A DNA stretch of 64,000 nucleotides from a virus (IMGVR_UViG_3300029908_000016:1-64000), one strand, 5' to 3'; shown: positions 8,854 to 18,950, counted from the first letter of the stretch. Notes: a model not told the origin generated them from the sequence alone. A program made the numbers and translations.

Positions 8854-11574
8854 ATGGCCTCCCCACAAATATTATCAGCTTTACCAATTCTAGGTGGAGC
8901 AACGGCAGGAGGAGCAGGATTTGCCAATTATATTCCAATTCTTAATGAAAGTGGACTATTAGATTTATCATTTTTTCCATCTTCTATAGTAGGTGATTTA
9001 CAGTATCAGGGTACATGGAATGCAAGTACCAACACTCCTACCTTAGCCAGTTCAGTAGGTACACAAGGATTCTATTATATTGTTTCAGTAGCAGGTAATG
9101 CTGTATTGGATGGTGAAACAAATTGGTTTCCTGGGGATTGGGTAATCTTTAGTGGTACAGTCTGGAATAAACTAGATGCGAATACTACTCAAGTGATATC
9201 TGTGGCAGGTCGAACAGGGGCCGTTACCTTAACAAGTGCCGACCTTACAGATGCTACTACGGCTGGTAAAGCAGCAATTACAGCCTCCAATTCGACGGGA
9301 ACAAATTATGTAGTTTTCAATAATTCACCTTCTTTTATAACACCTAATTTGGGTGTGGCTACTGCTACGAGTATTAATGGATTAACCATAACTACCAGTA
9401 CAGGTACATTGACTGTAGCAAATGGTAAAACTGCATATATTGGCAATAGTTTGAATTTTAGTGGATCAGATGGTGCATCCTTAAATATTGGAGCAGGTGG
9501 AACATTGGGTACAGGTGCGTTTAATCCAATATATTCATTACCACCAGCTACCAGTTTAGCATTGGGTGGTGTGATTATTGGTAATGGATTGAACATAAAT
9601 TCTGGTACTGTGTCTGTAGCTGTACTTGGTTCAGCTGGTTTAAGGTATAATAGTGGTAGTGGTGCAGATACAACCGCTACTAGCTCACAGTTGCAAACAA
9701 TTATTGGCGGTGGAGTTTATCAAGCACCTATAAGCTTAACAACTACAGGTAGTGGGGTGGCTACATTTTCAGGTAATGTATTAAACATTCCCAATACTAC
9801 CTATACATTACCAAATGCTACTACAAGTACATTGGGTGGTGTAATTGTAGGTAATGGACTGAATGTAACAACTGGTACTGTATCTGTAGCATATGGTACA
9901 ACCGCTAATACAGCTTTACAAGGAAGTTTATTGGGCGCAAATTCAGGTGTCGCGTCATTAACTGTAGGAGGAATTTTAACAACTTCTCAATTTCCAGCTT
10001 TAACAGGAGATGTTACCAATACAGCTGGTAGTTTATCGACAACCGTTGGTAAGATTAATGGTACTTCCTTGGCCTCGTTAGCATCTGGACTGTTATACAA
10101 TACAACAACTACTGGTGTACCGAGTATTGCTACCAGCAATCAAATACAGACTGTAATAGGTAGTAATGTTTACCAAAGTTATAACGCTAATACTACAACG
10201 TTAGGTAACACAACAACTGGCTCTGGTAATATTGTATTGGCTACATCTCCTAGTTTGACAACACCAAATATCGGAGCAGCTACTGCCACATCGGTAAATT
10301 CATTAACCATAACTACTTCGACAGGTACATTAAGTATTACTAATGGAAAAACAGTTACCGTAAATAATACTTTAACATTTAGTGGTACAGATAGTTCTAC
10401 ATTAAATATAGGTACAGGAGGTACTTTAAATACAGGAGCTTTTACAGCCGCTTATACTCTACCTAATTCTACTACAAGTACTTTAGGAGGTGTAATTGTA
10501 GGTAATGGATTGAATGTAACGACTGGTACTGTATCTGTAGCTTATGGTACAATCTCCAATACAGCTTTACAAGGTAGCACATTAGGAGCAGCTTCAGGTG
10601 TTGCCTCATTGACAGCCGGTAGTTTACTTACGACAGCCCAATTTCCAGCTTTAACAGGAGATGTTACCAATACAGCTGGTAGTTTATCGACAACCGTTGG
10701 TAAGATTAATGGTACATCATTATCAGGACTAGCTTCAGGTGTACTTTACAATACAACAACTACTGGTGTACCGAGTATTGCTACCAGTAGTCAAATACAG
10801 ACTGCAATAGGTAGTAATGTTTATAATGCGTATAACGCTAATACTACAACATTAGGTAACACAACAACTGGCTCTGGTAATATTGTATTGGCTACATCTC
10901 CTAGTTTGACAACACCAAATATTGGGGCAGCTACCGGAACGAGCCTGACGCTCACCTCTACCTCGGTGGCTCCTCTCACCGTCGATTACACCGGCACCAT
11001 TTCTGCCACCGGCATATTTCTCGAAGCACCGAACTTGGCCACGGGGTCTGAGGCAGCAATCAACATCGGACTTTCCACGACGACAAATAACCGTGTCTTA
11101 TTTCAATTTTACAACAACGGAGGAGCAGGATCATCTCTTAACTGCGGTTCACTAATCTTACAAGGTGCTACCAATGGTCTTTATGTTTTTGGTTCAGGTC
11201 ACATTTCCAACACCTCAACCGATGGTGGCAGTGCTCTTAACATAACAGGTTCACTTTCTGCTTCAAGCAATATTACGACGACGGGAGGTGCGTTTGTCAC
11301 TCAGTTTACTACGGGGGTATCGTCGTTCACGTTGACACCAGGGTTCAACACTTCGACAGGCTCAAATTCAAGCCAGACGGTGACGCTACCCGCACCTGCG
11401 TCAGGTCAATTAGTAATCTTTAAAAATGCGGGTAGCCAGACATGGACGGTGGCGAGCAATTCGGGCAGCCAAATTGAGGCTACAGGAGCGATAACAGCAA
11501 CCGCCACCACGACCGTTACATCAGGCACTTGTGTGCGTTTTTCTTCTGACGGCACCTATTGGTTCGAATGGTAA
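8854..11574 (+). CDS. tail fibre protein 1
   Basis: YQGTWNASTNTPTL, GDW and SVAGRTGAVTL motifs; Thr/Gly/Ser-rich internal repeats. Confidence 0.85.
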   Translation: MASPQILSALPILGGATAGGAGFANYIPILNESGLLDLSFFPSSIVGDLQYQGTWNASTNTPTLASSVGTQGFYYIVSVAGNAVLDGETNWFPGDWVIFSGTVWNKLDANTTQVISVAGRTGAVTLTSADLTDATTAGKAAITASNSTGTNYVVFNNSPSFITPNLGVATATSINGLTITTSTGTLTVANGKTAYIGNSLNFSGSDGASLNIGAGGTLGTGAFNPIYSLPPATSLALGGVIIGNGLNINSGTVSVAVLGSAGLRYNSGSGADTTATSSQLQTIIGGGVYQAPISLTTTGSGVATFSGNVLNIPNTTYTLPNATTSTLGGVIVGNGLNVTTGTVSVAYGTTANTALQGSLLGANSGVASLTVGGILTTSQFPALTGDVTNTAGSLSTTVGKINGTSLASLASGLLYNTTTTGVPSIATSNQIQTVIGSNVYQSYNANTTTLGNTTTGSGNIVLATSPSLTTPNIGAATATSVNSLTITTSTGTLSITNGKTVTVNNTLTFSGTDSSTLNIGTGGTLNTGAFTAAYTLPNSTTSTLGGVIVGNGLNVTTGTVSVAYGTISNTALQGSTLGAASGVASLTAGSLLTTAQFPALTGDVTNTAGSLSTTVGKINGTSLSGLASGVLYNTTTTGVPSIATSSQIQTAIGSNVYNAYNANTTTLGNTTTGSGNIVLATSPSLTTPNIGAATGTSLTLTSTSVAPLTVDYTGTISATGIFLEAPNLATGSEAAINIGLSTTTNNRVLFQFYNNGGAGSSLNCGSLILQGATNGLYVFGSGHISNTSTDGGSALNITGSLSASSNITTTGGAFVTQFTTGVSSFTLTPGFNTSTGSNSSQTVTLPAPASGQLVIFKNAGSQTWTVASNSGSQIEATGAITATATTTVTSGTCVRFSSDGTYWFEW
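9802..10940 (+). repeat. internal in-frame duplication, 651-bp offset
   Basis: TTTCCAGCTTTAACAGGAGATGTTACC at 9991 and 10642; GTAATTGTAGGTAATGG at 9841 and 10492. Confidence 0.9.
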
Positions 11575-11706
11575 TTTTCTTATTTATACTCATTATGGTC
11601 ATTATATTACAACGCGTTAAATACTTTAATGACTGCCTTGGGTAGAACAATTCCTACTTAATTTCCTTGTTTAACTGATTTAATAAATTTATACTAATCA
11701 TATTAT

Positions 11707-14700
11707 ATGGCCACTCCTCAAGTGTTAGCATCATTACCAATTTTAGGTGGAACAACAACGGCTGGATCTTCTGCTTACGCCAATTATATTCCAATTCTTA
11801 ATGGAAGTGGACTATTAGATTTATCATTTTTTCCATCTTCTATAGTAGGTGATTTACAGTATCAAGGTACATGGAATGCGAATACCAATACACCTACATT
11901 GATCAGTTCTACAGGAACAAAAGGATTCTTTTATGTAGTAGCGACAGCGGGTACTACGACATTAGATGGTATTTCTATTTGGAATATTGGTGATTGGGCA
12001 ATATTCAATGGTACGACATGGAATAAACTAGATGGAGCAGCTGCTCCTGTTACATCTGTGGCAGGTCGTACTGGGGCTGTAACTTTAACAAGTAATGATT
12101 TAACAGACGCAACATCAATAGGTAAATCATTAATTACATCCTCAACAACTTCGAATGCTCGTAGTACAATAAGGGCTAATAATGTATATTATAGTGTTAC
12201 AGTCAATTCGGGCTTAACAAGTTTAATAGGTTCTGATGGCTTAAATAATGTAAACAGTTATACTTTTCAAGCAGGATCGGGGGCTTATACCTATGTTATT
12301 AATTTATCTGCCGTAAGTGCAGCTAATGGTGATGTAATCCAAATTTTAGCAAATCTACCAGCTTCGACAAATCCGACTTTACAGGTTTATGATCAAGCCA
12401 GTACTACGTTATTAACTAACTTATTAAGTAATGGAACAGCTACAGCTATTACGTTAAGTTATGTATTTAATGGCAGCAATTGGGTAGCTTTCAATACTGG
12501 TGCCTTGTTAGCGTATAATAATTTGAGTGATCTGACATCTACTTCAACAGCCAGAACCAATTTAGGATTGACCGCATTAGCTACAACCACACCAGGTACA
12601 GGTGTTGTTGCGGCTTTAGGGAATTCAGCAAACATAACTGGAGGTTTCGCGTTAGCTCCCTCTTATTCTTCGAGCTTCACTTACTCCGCTGGAGCACTTG
12701 CAATCGGCTCTGACGGGAACACCTATCGGGCTTTAGGTTCCACAACGGGGAATGATCCAACGACGGATGCAGGAACCAACTGGGAACTCGCGCTAGTGAA
12801 GGTCAATACGACACTCAATATTCCGTCGCGTTTTTCGACTATTGCCACTGCTTGGACTTTCTTGAAAAACGCAACGATTGTATCTGCTGCAACGGCGACA
12901 ATGAAGGTTGCCGATGGGACTTACAATCTAGGTACGGTTCAATATATTTTCAATCACCCGCAAGGAGCTAACATCCAGTTAATAGGTAATACAACAACCC
13001 CTGCGAACTGCGTCTTGAATGTCACGGGCATTGGTTTCACTCCCTCGGGTTACGTTCAAAATAACTGGGGCTTTATTTGTGTTAATCAAGGGCACTCGTT
13101 TGGGCTTATTGATGGTTTCACGATGAACGGGCCTGGGCATGCGGCATCTAATTTTTATGGGACGATGGGGATACTGGCCAGCGATCACTCTTTTGTCGCG
13201 CTCGGGAATCACGTGATAATCAATAATTTTTATTCTGGCTGGGCGGCTTTCTACCATTCGGAATTTAATGGGGGATCGGGCAACACCGTGACCGGTGGCG
13301 GTGACGGAAACATCTGGGCATATATGGGATCACACATATATGCCGATCATTTGACGACCTCGGGCGCATCGACTTTCTATTCTCAATCCGGCGTCTTGCT
13401 GGAGCACGGTTCTAGCGCCTTTTTGTCGAATCTGACGACGCAAAATAACGGGGTACCTTCTAGTCCGTATAATGGAAATGGAATCCTGCTGACCTTCGGC
13501 TCGACGGTTTGGTGTCAGTATATGACTAATTCCGGTAACAATATTGGAATTAGTGTTGGTGATGGTTGCAGTTTCGATGACAGCAACGCAACTTATTCAA
13601 GCATCGGAACGACAAAATATGCGACGGTAAATACCACTCTTGGTCTTAATCCTGGTACTGGTGCCATCGCGCAGAACGCAACCAACGCAACTTATTCTCT
13701 GACCACGGCTTCTTCTGTGAATCCTTTTTCCGTAACAGATACTGGAACAACAAATGCTTTGGCTTTGGCTACCTTTTTTCAGCCTAACCTGCCTTCCAAT
13801 GATTATAACTATATTGGTGGTGGAGCATCGACGGGAGGTTATGGGTGGTCTTTAGGATTTACCAACGCGAGTACGACGCCCTACGCCTGGTTTGCGAACA
13901 ACAACGGGGCAAGCGGCATCGCTTTCTACAAGAATGGCGATACGACGATTGGAGGTTACGGTGCTGATCTTGGCTATCCTATTGGACTCAATGGCAACAC
14001 TAACGTCAATGGTACCTTGTCGATTAATGGTAATACTTTAACCGCATTAGCTACAACCACACCAGGTACAGGTGTTGTTGCGGCTTTAGGGAATACCTTG
14101 AGCGGGCCGGGTGGGGTGTACGGGCTGGGCAGCGATGGAGGCGCGACTTTCCCTTATGGCATTTCTCAGATTGGAGCGACAACGGGAATGGCTTCGTCTG
14201 CCATCGGCAACGTCACATGGTTTGTCAACGGTGGCCCAACGGGATATTCTTCCGCAGGCGACTCGACGGTGATTTTCGCCAACCTGTCGTCTAGCTCATC
14301 AAATTCCGGGGCCGGGTTCACGAATTCGGTGGCGACGGTGGCTGGGGTTTATGGAGTGTGTTCATGGAGTGCAGGAACGAACACGTTGACGCTGGCGGGG
14401 GCCTCTACGACGCAAAACGGGACGCTTTCTTCGTCCAGCACGGCGGTCACGCTTTCGGCGAGCAATAGTTCGATTGCGGTGGGACAGTGGGTATCGGGAA
14501 CGAATATCGCCTATGGGACGCGTGTTACGGCGATTTCAGGAACGAGCCTGACCCTCTCCATCACTCCAACAGGCAACGGGGTCTCACTCTTGAGCTTTAC
14601 GCCATATGTCGTCAACGTCGGAAGTAATGTGACCAGTATAGCGGTCGGCCAGATGGTTATGGGCAAAGGCATCTACAACGGCACGACGGTTTCCTCGATT

Positions 14701-16320
14701 TCGGGTACTACCATCACCTTGACACCACCGACTGGGGCGACGTATGCCACGTATGCAGCCAACACTACAAATGCTGCCCTCTACTTCTTTTATCCAAACA
14801 CGTCGCAGGCGTGTACGTGGTCTTCGCTCGGTACGACGGTAACATTGTCGGCGACAAATCCAGCCATTGCAGCGGGGCAATTCGTTTCAGAGGCGGGTAG
14901 TAATAATTCCGGGGGTGCGTTTGGGACGTACATCACGGCTGGTACGACGGTCGTTTCGGTGACTGGCACTACGGTAGTCCTGTCTGCTCCTGTGTTGAGT
15001 GGGTCGGGGGCTACGTTGTTTTTTTGCCCGCCCGCCCTCTACTACTCGCAGAAGGGAAATACCGGGTACAACTACAACGGGCTGGTCGGATGCTCGTTCA
15101 ACCACGTTCCATGCAACCGGATTGCACCGCAGAACACAAGCGGGTTGATAGCCGGAAACGCCATGCTGGTATTTAACGAGAACGACGTGGACATGCGCGG
15201 GCTGGCGATTTGCGCACCGAACCTTTCGGGCTTCGATTCGGGTAACTATTCTCTCGCGTATTTTGATCTCGCCAACGGATTGTTTCGGGTGCCGTATTGG
15301 GTATCGAGAGCGTACCAGCCATCTGACTACGGATGGCTGGACGCCTTCAGTGTCAATCCCGCGACTGGTGCAGCAAAGGTGCTGACGAGCCTCACAATCG
15401 GGAATACCGGCATCAGCGCGGGGTCGCAGACACCCTACCTCGACATCGAGGCGCAGGGGCCGAGGATTCAACTGCACAACACCAACGACACGCTGGCGTG
15501 CCAGATGATCAGCACGAACAATTCTTTCGCTTTCGGGATGTTCAACCCGTCCGGTTCGACATTAGAGGGTATCGCCGCAAATACTCTCCAGTATGTGTTC
15601 GGGGGGGATTATACCGGCAAGTGTGGCAGTGTGACCAATACGCTAACCGGCTATGGTGGCAGTGCGCTGACATATCGAAATATACTCGACGACGGATCGG
15701 GCAATTTCATCATGCCGTACAACATTTCGACGGCAAACAACCAGCTTTTGCTTTCGGCTTATCCGGGCGGCGGGGTGGACAACTCGTGTTCGATCATTTT
15801 GCGGCACGGCAGTTACAACGTGAACGATTACTACGTTTACGGAGGGAACGCTTCTTCCGGTTACGGCCACCAGTTTTGGACAGGTGGGGCGCAGGGGTCG
15901 CAAACGGTCAAGCTTGGCATCTACAACGACAAGACGGTGATTAATAACAACCTGGTTTTGAGTGGTACAAATAGTCTGACAGCTAGCCAATTTTTATCAC
16001 CAACTGGTACTCCAAGTGCAGTTAATGGTACAAATGTCACTACAACCGTTACAGGAACAAACCAAGCAGGTACTATTCAAATTGTTGTAGCTGGAGGAGC
16101 GACAACTGGAGTAATTTCAACAATTACTTTGGCCAACTCATTAGCTTATCCAAATAAAGCTATTATGACAATCACACCTGCAAATGCAACAACTGCAAAT
16201 TTAGTCATCGGTGATGATCCCTATATCACAGGAACAACCACTACAGTAGTTTTAAATACTAGTGGAACTGGAATACCTGTTGGTACATACTTATACAACT
16301 ACATTATCTCTGGATACTAA
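11707..16320 (+). CDS. tail fibre/tailspike protein 2 with beta-helix-like module
   Basis: N-terminus paralogous to fibre 1; TIATAW...VADGTY...IQLIGN pectin-lyase-like entry; GC-richer internal modules. Confidence 0.85.
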   Translation: MATPQVLASLPILGGTTTAGSSAYANYIPILNGSGLLDLSFFPSSIVGDLQYQGTWNANTNTPTLISSTGTKGFFYVVATAGTTTLDGISIWNIGDWAIFNGTTWNKLDGAAAPVTSVAGRTGAVTLTSNDLTDATSIGKSLITSSTTSNARSTIRANNVYYSVTVNSGLTSLIGSDGLNNVNSYTFQAGSGAYTYVINLSAVSAANGDVIQILANLPASTNPTLQVYDQASTTLLTNLLSNGTATAITLSYVFNGSNWVAFNTGALLAYNNLSDLTSTSTARTNLGLTALATTTPGTGVVAALGNSANITGGFALAPSYSSSFTYSAGALAIGSDGNTYRALGSTTGNDPTTDAGTNWELALVKVNTTLNIPSRFSTIATAWTFLKNATIVSAATATMKVADGTYNLGTVQYIFNHPQGANIQLIGNTTTPANCVLNVTGIGFTPSGYVQNNWGFICVNQGHSFGLIDGFTMNGPGHAASNFYGTMGILASDHSFVALGNHVIINNFYSGWAAFYHSEFNGGSGNTVTGGGDGNIWAYMGSHIYADHLTTSGASTFYSQSGVLLEHGSSAFLSNLTTQNNGVPSSPYNGNGILLTFGSTVWCQYMTNSGNNIGISVGDGCSFDDSNATYSSIGTTKYATVNTTLGLNPGTGAIAQNATNATYSLTTASSVNPFSVTDTGTTNALALATFFQPNLPSNDYNYIGGGASTGGYGWSLGFTNASTTPYAWFANNNGASGIAFYKNGDTTIGGYGADLGYPIGLNGNTNVNGTLSINGNTLTALATTTPGTGVVAALGNTLSGPGGVYGLGSDGGATFPYGISQIGATTGMASSAIGNVTWFVNGGPTGYSSAGDSTVIFANLSSSSSNSGAGFTNSVATVAGVYGVCSWSAGTNTLTLAGASTTQNGTLSSSSTAVTLSASNSSIAVGQWVSGTNIAYGTRVTAISGTSLTLSITPTGNGVSLLSFTPYVVNVGSNVTSIAVGQMVMGKGIYNGTTVSSISGTTITLTPPTGATYATYAANTTNAALYFFYPNTSQACTWSSLGTTVTLSATNPAIAAGQFVSEAGSNNSGGAFGTYITAGTTVVSVTGTTVVLSAPVLSGSGATLFFCPPALYYSQKGNTGYNYNGLVGCSFNHVPCNRIAPQNTSGLIAGNAMLVFNENDVDMRGLAICAPNLSGFDSGNYSLAYFDLANGLFRVPYWVSRAYQPSDYGWLDAFSVNPATGAAKVLTSLTIGNTGISAGSQTPYLDIEAQGPRIQLHNTNDTLACQMISTNNSFAFGMFNPSGSTLEGIAANTLQYVFGGDYTGKCGSVTNTLTGYGGSALTYRNILDDGSGNFIMPYNISTANNQLLLSAYPGGGVDNSCSIILRHGSYNVNDYYVYGGNASSGYGHQFWTGGAQGSQTVKLGIYNDKTVINNNLVLSGTNSLTASQFLSPTGTPSAVNGTNVTTTVTGTNQAGTIQIVVAGGATTGVISTITLANSLAYPNKAIMTITPANATTANLVIGDDPYITGTTTTVVLNTSGTGIPVGTYLYNYIISGY
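12571..14094 (+). repeat. perfect 54-bp direct repeat (12571-12624 and 14041-14094)
   Basis: ACCGCATTAGCTACAACCACACCAGGTACAGGTGTTGTTGCGGCTTTAGGGAAT twice, 1470 bp apart. Confidence 0.95.
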
Positions 16321-16333
16321 AAAATAAAAAAAT

Positions 16334-16777
16334 ATGTCACTAACCGCAATTCCTCTTTATAACGCAGTAACTGTAGGTTCAACCGCTACACCCGCTGCTC
16401 CTTATCAGGCTACCCAAATTTCTCCAGGAGTAAACAATACAATTGTAGGTAATGCTATTTCCTTTAATTTCGTAATGACCAATGGAGCTAATCAAGCAGG
16501 ATCAAACGCCCGTATTGTTTTTCATTGGGGTTTCTCTATGGCTAGCTATACAGCTACTAACGCAGCTACATTAGGCATTATATCGGCTAATCAAATAAAT
16601 TTAAGATTTCCTAAAAACCCTAATGCTACCATTGATTTGACTCATCAAATTACTTATCCAATTCTTGGTAATTATTTATACTATTGGTTTGATGCTTTTG
16701 AACTTACTTCTCCCGCTACTCTGACTGTTAATGCGGAAGTTGTAGCCTTAGCCAATCAGTGTTATAGTATCACTTAA
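16334..16777 (+). CDS. putative structural protein
   Basis: Beta-rich composition, follows the fibre genes. Confidence 0.55.
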   Translation: MSLTAIPLYNAVTVGSTATPAAPYQATQISPGVNNTIVGNAISFNFVMTNGANQAGSNARIVFHWGFSMASYTATNAATLGIISANQINLRFPKNPNATIDLTHQITYPILGNYLYYWFDAFELTSPATLTVNAEVVALANQCYSIT

Positions 16778-17496
16778 TGATACATTTAATGTCTACATGG
16801 TCAACGGATTATCAAGTCCTTGCCAACCTTACTTTCACAAACAATAAAGTAAAATACGCTGAAAAGCATGGGTATAAAACTCATTTTAAAATTCATACAG
16901 ATCCAAATGATATTTTATGGGACCGTCCAAGACAATGGGAACAAGTATTGTTAAGTATTCCCGAAAATGATTGGCTATGGGTATCAGGAACCGATCTATT
17001 CATTACTCGTCCAGATTATCGATTAGAAGATTTTATTGATGATACAGCAGAATTTATGTGTGCAGTCGATCATCATCAAGTATTTGGTGATTGTTTCATT
17101 ATTAAGAATTGTCCAAATTCTATCAGATTGATTCGTGAAGTATTGGCAAGGCGTAATGAATTTCCAAATGAACAATGGGCATTTTCTACAATATTATCCA
17201 AATCACAAACATTTGGTCATTATTGTGAGAAAGCTGGTTATTCGAACGGTACAACAGAATTTTATAAACGTAGTGAGGATATACTAAACAGTAACTATGT
17301 TAAAGTAAAAGTATGGGATGTCTCACAACCTAAAAAAATCAGTGGAGATATTCCTTGGTTACATGATGACCCAAATGTAGTTCCTCCTTGTCATGCTTGG
17401 TATGAAGATACCTTTTCTTTACATGTTGGAGGCAAGTCCTTAAAATTTCGATTGGGGTTTATTCCATTGATGACCGAAAATCTAAAGTTTGACTAA
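16777..17496 (+). CDS. glycosyltransferase-like protein (GT-A fold, GT34-like)
   Basis: K.KYAEKHGY, DWLWVSGTDLFIT and EQWAF motifs. Confidence 0.65.
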   Translation: MIHLMSTWSTDYQVLANLTFTNNKVKYAEKHGYKTHFKIHTDPNDILWDRPRQWEQVLLSIPENDWLWVSGTDLFITRPDYRLEDFIDDTAEFMCAVDHHQVFGDCFIIKNCPNSIRLIREVLARRNEFPNEQWAFSTILSKSQTFGHYCEKAGYSNGTTEFYKRSEDILNSNYVKVKVWDVSQPKKISGDIPWLHDDPNVVPPCHAWYEDTFSLHVGGKSLKFRLGFIPLMTENLKFD

Positions 17497-17643
17497 TCAG
17501 TTTTAGGTTTTATATTATATTCCCTTATTGGAGTGTTTGTGATTGAAGAAATAGTAATCGTAAGCTTTCTTTTAGCTATTCCGATTACTTTTGTAATTTT
17601 ATATTATTTTGACAAGGAATAATAAATATACTAAATTAAATAC

Positions 17644-17718
17644 TGCGCGGTAGAGAAGTAGTAACTCATTTGGCTCATAACCAAAAGATCGTCGGTGCAA
17701 ATCCGACCTGCGCTACCA
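17644..17718 (+). tRNA. tRNA-Met(CAU), possibly initiator type
   Basis: Anticodon arm TTTGG-CTCATAA-CCAAA, 1:72 mismatch, T arm GTCGG-TGCAAAT-CCGAC, encoded ACCA. Confidence 0.88.
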
Positions 17719-17726
17719 CTTTATAT

Positions 17727-17759
17727 AAAAAACTCTGGAATAAAAATCCAGAGTTTTTT
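17727..17759 (+). terminator. intrinsic terminator
   Basis: AAAAAACTCTGGA-ATAAAAA-TCCAGAGTTTTTT. Confidence 0.8.
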
Positions 17760-17766
17760 ATCATTT

Positions 17767-17838
17767 TATGAGATATCTTAATTGGTAAAGAATCACAATG
17801 TACATGTGAATATAAGGGTTCAAGCCCCTTTCTCATAT
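17767..17838 (+). tRNA. non-canonical tRNA-like cloverleaf, GTA at the anticodon position
   Basis: TATGAGA/TCTCATA acceptor, TCTT/AAGA D stem, TCACA-ATGTACA-TGTGA, AAGGG-TTCAAGC-CCCTT. Confidence 0.65.
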
Positions 17839-17854
17839 TTTATATACCACATAA

Positions 17855-17890
17855 CCCCCCTCTGTAGAGTGAATCGAATTTTGGTATAAT
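17855..17890 (+). promoter_or_regulatory. island-start promoter motif, copy 2
   Basis: CCCCCCTCTGTAG ... TTGGTATAAT, TATAAT at 17885-17890. Confidence 0.85.
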
Positions 17891-17895
17891 ACTTT

Positions 17896-18003
17896 ATGGA
17901 TAATGCATATAAAGAGACATTAGTTTTTGGCGCAATCGTTGTTGCAATGATGGTGATTATAACAATATTGTTTCTATCCCTAATTCGTATATTTGGTAAC
18001 TAG
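17896..18003 (+). CDS. 35-aa membrane peptide MDNAYKETLVFGAIVVAMMVIITILFLSLIRIFGN
   Basis: Translated manually; ATG 5 nt after TATAAT; one hydrophobic helix. Confidence 0.65.
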   Translation: MDNAYKETLVFGAIVVAMMVIITILFLSLIRIFGN

Positions 18004-18009
18004 AAAATT

Positions 18010-18450
18010 ATGAAAACAATTGAAGGAAATATTTTGGATATACCTCGGGGTATAATCTGTCATCAAGTCAATCTACTGGGAATTATGGGTGGAGGATTGG
18101 CATTACAAATTAAAAACAAATGGCCTAGAGTCTATGAATATTATGCTAGATACTGTCAACTTAGTCCAGAACTGGGTGACGTGTGTTATGCTGATGCGAA
18201 CAAAAACATAATGGTAGCAAACTTGTTTGGTCAATGCCGCATTGGTGGAAATAAGAATAACACTGTTTATGGTGTATACCCAAAGATGTTAGAAGATGTG
18301 GTTTCTGCAAGTTTAGCAGCTGAACTCCCAATCTATATTCCTTATGGTATTGGTTGTGGATTGGCAGGTGGTGATTGGAATATCATGCTTCCTATTTTGG
18401 AAAAACATCTTCTTGAGAGTGCAACAATTGTTAAATATAACGGAGTATAA
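18010..18450 (+). CDS. macrodomain ADP-ribosylhydrolase (DarG/TARG1-like)
   Basis: IEGNIL, CHQVN..GIMGGGLALQIK, NLFGQ and IPYGIGCGLAGGDW motifs. Confidence 0.88.
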   Translation: MKTIEGNILDIPRGIICHQVNLLGIMGGGLALQIKNKWPRVYEYYARYCQLSPELGDVCYADANKNIMVANLFGQCRIGGNKNNTVYGVYPKMLEDVVSASLAAELPIYIPYGIGCGLAGGDWNIMLPILEKHLLESATIVKYNGV

Positions 18451-18455
18451 AAATT

Positions 18456-18950
18456 ATGCTACTAGAATGGACAACTTGTATAGGTGGTGAAATGGCAGAG
18501 ACCAGAAATGTGACTTATAAGATTACAAAATATTTGCCCAACTACAATATTTTTAACCTTGCCGTAATTAAAAACAATCAAATTGTAAGCGAACACCACT
18601 TTTATTCGATAAATGAAGCCAAAGATAAAGCGGAAGGACATCATCTTCATGAATTAACTTCAACCAATATTGATGTTACAGAGCTTGCTCAACAACCAAA
18701 GTGTTTATCTGACTACGATAAAGGTTATAACGAAGGTTATAACAATAGTTTGAAAGACTTAACCGCACTAGTAAAGCGTTTAGCTGAAAAAAATAGAATT
18801 CTTGAGGATGATCATTTGAGTTTATCGCAGGACAAGGCTAAGCAAATAGAGGAGATTGAAAGATTAAATGCCATTAATCTTAAATTAGTAACTACTCTTG
18901 ATAAAATAGTTGAGTCAGTAGAAAAAGTGTTACCTGATCTTCAGAAATAA
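18456..18950 (+). CDS. hypothetical coiled-coil protein
   Basis: ORF track. Confidence 0.65.
   Translation: MLLEWTTCIGGEMAETRNVTYKITKYLPNYNIFNLAVIKNNQIVSEHHFYSINEAKDKAEGHHLHELTSTNIDVTELAQQPKCLSDYDKGYNEGYNNSLKDLTALVKRLAEKNRILEDDHLSLSQDKAKQIEEIERLNAINLKLVTTLDKIVESVEKVLPDLQK

Noticed and set aside
12979-15990. Overlapping ORFs inside fibre 2 (12979, 14584, 14887, 15333, 15643)
   Set aside because: Shadow ORFs caused by locally higher GC and fewer stop codons
8854-16320. DGR template/variable repeat pair in the fibre genes
   Set aside because: Differences between repeats are mostly synonymous rather than adenine-specific, and no reverse transcriptase is in the window
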